A stretch of 64,000 nt of DNA from the NCBI GenBank assembly GCA_964016885.1, contig OZ024758.1:19096001-19160000 (forward strand). The letters are read 5' to 3'. Below the pieces are notes generated by a model, which was given only the letters and a program-made list of their open reading frames with translations, had not been told where the DNA came from and made no database searches. Below are positions 58,453 through 64,000 of this stretch, in pieces. A program made the position numbers and the translations under genes. Each line of letters starts with the position of its first letter. Position 1 is the first letter of the stretch. This DNA is from Eledone cirrhosa. Taxonomy: Eukaryota.

Positions 58453-58915
58453 TTAAACACATAGAGACAACGAATCATATATGATGCAGTATAGACAGGG
58501 AATAAACGGGTGTGGAGAATCAGATCTGAAAATGACATGTGTCATCCACCGAAACTGTTACAAATATACAATGTTCCCTGGGGTCCAAAGTGCAGCAAAA
58601 AGAAAAGAAACAAAAAAAAAACAGGCAAGATTTATCTAGTAAATAATCTTCACCATTTAAGGAGGTATTTTGTCAGTGACCAGATCACAGATGTGCGAGG
58701 AAGATTTTGACATATTTACGAATAAAATGAGAAGTGGTTGTGACAGTTTATGCGTATGCTACTTAAATTGTTTAAATGTCTCCCCTACGATGTAGGTTTT
58801 TTTTCTACCACTCTGTTTCTCGTCCCGTCTCCCTCCCTCTCTCACTCATCCTTTCATTCCTCATATCCCCTCCTATTCCCTCTTATCCCCACCGTTCTCA
58901 CTCTATGTATTGTAT

Positions 58916-58949
<34 letters not shown>

Positions 58950-58984
58950 GATATATATATATATACACAAATGCACGCACACAG

Positions 58985-59064
<80 letters not shown>

Positions 59065-59214
59065 TAATATATAAATATATATATATATGTGTGTGTAAAT
59101 GAATTAATTCCGTCGGAAAAGTCCAGGAAAAACGAGTGCTCTATGTAGGTTACAGGGCTTAATAGTTATGTAATACTTATCTTATGTTGTTTATTACATA
59201 AATATATATATATA

Positions 59215-59397
<183 letters not shown>

Positions 59398-59978
59398 ATG
59401 TGTGTGTTTGTGTGTATGTGTGTGTGTAGCTATACGTCAGCAAGGAAATGAACAGAAGAGTACAATACAACACACATGGTGTTATATTATTTCAATGCTT
59501 GATATAAGTTGGAGAATATCTCTCATTGAAAGATAGTCAAACACAGAAGAGAGAGCATGTACGGGATAGAGAAGAAATAAAACAACGAGTCTCAAAGCCA
59601 AAACTGAAGAGGATAGATAGGTGAGAAATGGTATTATTTTATAGCCAGCCATACTGATTATATGCATATGTACACACACACACACATATACATACACATA
59701 TACATACATATATATATAATATATCATATATATATAATATATATAATATATATATAATATATATATTATATATATAATATATATATATATAATATATATA
59801 TATAATATATATAATATATATATGTATTATATATATATATAATATATATATATATAATATATACATATATAATATCTATATAATATCTATATATACGTTA
59901 TTCCGGGTTGAATCGGAGGTAACCACAGTAAGTAAGGTACTCAATACATAGCAGAGTATAAAAGTTTTAATATAGATG

Positions 59979-60029
59979 AGATTCTACAGGACTAGAACTG
60001 TTTCATTCATTAGAAATCATCAGGAATCT
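59979..60029 (-). ncRNA. Type-I hammerhead ribozyme (family D element, 59895-60092)
   Basis: Minus strand: AGATTC-CTGATGA-tttc(taat)gaat-GAAA-CAG(ttctagtc)CTG-TA-GAATCT. Stem I differs from the 45168 copy yet still pairs. The mirror core on the plus strand (60031-60069) lacks stem I. Confidence 0.8.
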
Positions 60030-60095
60030 GCTGATGATTTCTAATGAATGAAACAGTTCTAGTCCTGTAGAATTTCATCTATATTGATATCTATC

Positions 60096-60161
<66 letters not shown>

Positions 60162-60387
60162 GTTCAATACACTTGTATGACAAGGTTTGTTTCGTTGAGA
60201 ACCGTAGAGTACGGAGAGGGAGAGGGAGAGAACAGGTAGAGGTATGGCGCTTTAAAAATGATGGGGTTGATAGCTAAGTGGTTGGGTATTCGTGAGAGTG
60301 GGCCGAAGTTGAGGGTTCAGGTATATCATATGCGTCCCTGTGTGTGTGTAGATGTGATGTAATTGGTAAGTGTGCATCATTGCTTAG

Positions 60388-60590
60388 GCAGTGGATTGGC
60401 CGGATCTGTAGAGAGTCGGACACCATGCGATGCATCATAGAGTTACGGCCTTTTAAGTTCTCAGTTTAAATCTCGTTCCGGATAAATTTGCTTCTCATCC
60501 TTATAAAGTACTAGTCATGAAAGGGGGTCGAATTAATCGGCTTTCCCATGCTCCAAGATTGCTGGCCTTGTGCCTATATCAGAAACCTTT
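60388..60590 (+). mobile_element. tRNA-derived SINE, diverged
   Basis: GTGGATTGGC...GTAGAGAGTCGGACACCATGC...ATAGAGTTACGGCC...ATAAAGTACTAG...TTGCTGGCCTTGTGCC. Confidence 0.75.
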
Positions 60591-60992
60591 TTTGCTACTG
60601 TATGTAAGTATGTGTCTCTGATGTTTAAAAGAATATGCAAGTGAAAGGTTCCATTTTCAGGGAGGCTGAAAAACATTTGTATGTATGAATACTAAGCAAG
60701 ACAAATCATGAATAAAATAAACAACTAGCAAATACAAATGAAAATAGATGTTTGCCAAGAATGAGAGGATATCTCAATGATACTAAATATGGTTGATGAC
60801 TTATTGTAGCAAAAGTCAACGTTCAGATATGTTCTTGCTTAGATGCAGATATTTTATGATTACACCGAACGAATACACATCGGAAACAGAGTAGCAAGGT
60901 GAAATAGAGACATATATCTCTCCATCTCACACTCACTCTCTCAATCTCCTAGTCCCTCTCTCTTTCACACAGGCATACACTGAAACACATAC

Positions 60993-61159
<167 letters not shown>

Positions 61160-61213
61160 AAGACATACACAAACACACATATTTATATATATATATATAT
61201 ATAAAGATATACG

Positions 61214-61280
<67 letters not shown>

Positions 61281-61290
61281 ACATACACAA

Positions 61291-61332
<42 letters not shown>

Positions 61333-62002
61333 ACATACACATAAACACATATATATATACACATACAAAAAAATCTGAGGTAGAAACTTACATTCATATT
61401 AAGAGATTTGCTATATAGATCTACTGCATTACGCCCATACAAACATATGTTCATGAAATTGATCTTCTATCGGCAAAATGTCTGCAAACTGAAATATTCT
61501 CAGACAATCTTGTCATTCTGTCGTGAATGATCGAGGATAAATTATAAATCGAGGTTCGACTCAGTGCCAAAGGATTAAAAGATTGGCAATCCATCTGAAA
61601 TCAAAATATTGCTTTGTTGGCGATGGATTATGGGATTTTATTATGTATTACTATACAGAAAGTTTTGATAATGGATTCAGGCAGGCACAATAGAAAAGTA
61701 TTTCTGAAGAAAAGGAATAGTATTTGATTTGAAACAAACCAGAACCGTTTAAATTATATCCGAAAGGTTTGAAACAGAACCTATTGTGAATTTATATATC
61801 ACAGCATTTCATAAGGAGCGTATATGTTGCCTCACTAGTTGGTATTATACGGTCTGTCTGTAATAATTTAGGCTAAACGAATAAGTGTTTTTGAGTGTGT
61901 GTTTGTTAGACATCAACGAAATACCCGCTTTGTTACCAGAGCAAATGTTTAGCCTACCAGGAGTGAGTGACGTTTAGTACATTTCAGGACATAATTCTAG
62001 AA

Positions 62003-62294
62003 CATGCACGGGCAACTTTCTTCGAGAAATGTGCCGCATGCGATATGGCTCATCATCAGGCGAGCCGCAAGCGTTGATTTACATTCGTGCCCACATAAAA
62101 AAAAAACGACGGTAACTCAGGTTGTTTTAATTTTTCTCTTCAGAATTCGTACACGTTGTTTTCCGTGATCATAAAAATTATAGAAAGAAAAAATTACGAA
62201 TGAAAATTTGGGGTAAAATAATCAGAAAGATTTCACTTAGGTGTCTTAGGTGAGTCATTCAGAAAGCTTCGCGGCCGCAGGTTGCCCATGACTA
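62003..62294. mobile_element. hAT (Charlie-type) MITE
   Basis: 8-bp TSD TTCTAGAA at 61995-62002 and 62295-62302; imperfect TIRs CATGCACGGGCAAC / GTTGCCCATGACTA; subterminal GCCGCA motifs. Confidence 0.8.
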
Positions 62295-62635
62295 TTCTAG
62301 AAGGTAAATCTGAGACACTATTAAAGCCAATTACGTTGACCTCTTCATATTCGATACATGTACTGATGTTCAGTGAAAGAATCGGTATATTACAAGGCAC
62401 TGGCATAATATGACTAAATCAGCTGACTGGTGTATTGCAAGAACATGGTTGGACATAGTCAAAAAAAGATTCTCGTTCCTTGCACTGCATCATATACAGA
62501 AAGGAATTTAAGTTATATACTAGGTGTAAACGTCAGGTTAGTTCCAGCCATTTGTGAGAGAATTATCAAGTTATAGCAATTCTCAAAAGTACAATTCAAC
62601 CAACATGAATGTGTGTTTGTAAGTATGTACGTGTG

Positions 62636-62674
<39 letters not shown>

Positions 62675-62680
<6 letters not shown>

Positions 62681-63820
62681 ATGCTTTGGGAGGGTCATGT
62701 TGCCAATAAGAAACACACGCACAAGTCGCTTTCACTCCAATTTATTATGAATTTAATTCATAAATTTAAGAATTTATAAATTTCCGGTTGGTTGTTAGGT
62801 TCCACAACCGGACGGTTGTTCACATATTGCCAAACTTCGTTCGTCACACATTATGTGACCTCTTCAGTGACTGGGGATTCTTTTCTTTGTTTTTGTACCT
62901 CTCCTTTGTTCTGTCCTACGCTATCTTGTTTTTGTGTGTGTTGTGTGCTTAGTTTGCGCATGTGTTACATCCGGGTGTCTGAGTGTGTTTATATTTATTT
63001 ATTTATTTGTTTATTTGCATGTTACTGGTTGTTTGATTGGTCTTCGTGTGTGTGTGTTTTCATGTTGCCCTCAATTGAACTAGAAATGTAATATATAGCA
63101 TAAGATGTACTGAAGGGACATGTAGAGATAAGAATATAGTGTACACAGGTGAGACAGTTCGTAGTATAGGGGAACGGATAAATGAACACTTGCGAGAGCT
63201 TCAAGATAGAAAATAATCATCTGTACTCCACCAACAAGCTAATATAGAACATAAGGTAAATTAGAGAACATAGAAATAAAAATAGAATCTACACACATAA
63301 AAGACGCCATGTTTAGACAAATCACAGAGGCAATAAACATAAATGAACTCCAACCAAAATTAAATAGAAAACATAAATGGAATAGCAACATCACAACTTA
63401 CAATTAAGGACAACATGAAAACATACGGACACATATAACAAACAAACAACCAGTAACATGTAAATAAACAAATAAATAAACAAATATAAACACACACAGA
63501 CACCCGGATGTAAGACATGCGCAAACTAAGCACGCAACACACACAAAAACGAGATGGCGTAGGACAGAAGAAAAGGAGAGGCACAAAAACATAGAAAATG
63601 ATGCCCAGTCACTGAAGAGGTCACAGAATGTCTGACGAAAGAACATTGACAATATATGAACAACCGTCAAGTTGTGGAACCCACAAACAATTCGGAAATT
63701 TATAAATTCTTAAATTTATAAATTGAATTTATAATAAATTGAGTGAAAACAACTGGTGCGTAGTTTCTTATTGGCAATATGACCCTCCAAAAGCATAACA
63801 ATATCGGTTTCAACACACGT
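62675..63820. mobile_element. Large fold-back element, family C, arms about 400 bp and spacer about 300 bp
   Basis: Left arm about 62675-63090 and right arm about 63385-63803 are diverged reverse complements. Hammerheads at 62829-62871 (minus, GAAC instead of GAAA) and 63608-63650 (plus, AT at the UH site). (TA)n flanks. Confidence 0.85.
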
Positions 63821-63834
63821 TATATATGTATGTA

Positions 63835-63970
<136 letters not shown>

Positions 63971-64000
63971 TGTGTGCATATATATATGTATATATATATA

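Overview
This is AT-rich, repeat-saturated eukaryotic DNA, intergenic or intronic. The repeat landscape (very long (TA)n/(CA)n/(GA)n tracts, tRNA-derived SINEs with the CCTTTCATCCTTWCGGGGTCGATAAATAAAGTACCAG core, (GAT)n-tailed SINEs) resembles an octopus or other coleoid cephalopod genome; this is inference from memory. I found no credible host gene. Nearly all listed ORFs are translated microsatellites, and the only real protein remnant is the C-terminus of an RTE-type LINE ORF (56702-56980, minus). Ordinary mobile elements include many SINEs, a complete non-autonomous Helitron and a hAT/Charlie-type MITE with an 8-bp TSD. The main signal is that much of the apparently unique sequence between (TA)n tracts consists of 150-1150 bp asymmetric fold-back elements from about ten sequence families that share one architecture. 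Each sits in (TA)n and has two inverted arms, one long and one short. Many carry a minimal type-I hammerhead ribozyme (stem I-CUGANGA-stem II-GAAA-short, often palindromic, stem III-UH-stem I) that reads outward from the centre, and the long tail usually has a GAGYRCTY motif. By eye I read about 11 hammerheads with intact cores and about as many decayed ones. The best interpretation is a diverse set of (TA)n-targeting, ribozyme-bearing Penelope-like retroelement ends with inverted pLTRs. All structures were folded by eye and element boundaries are approximate.
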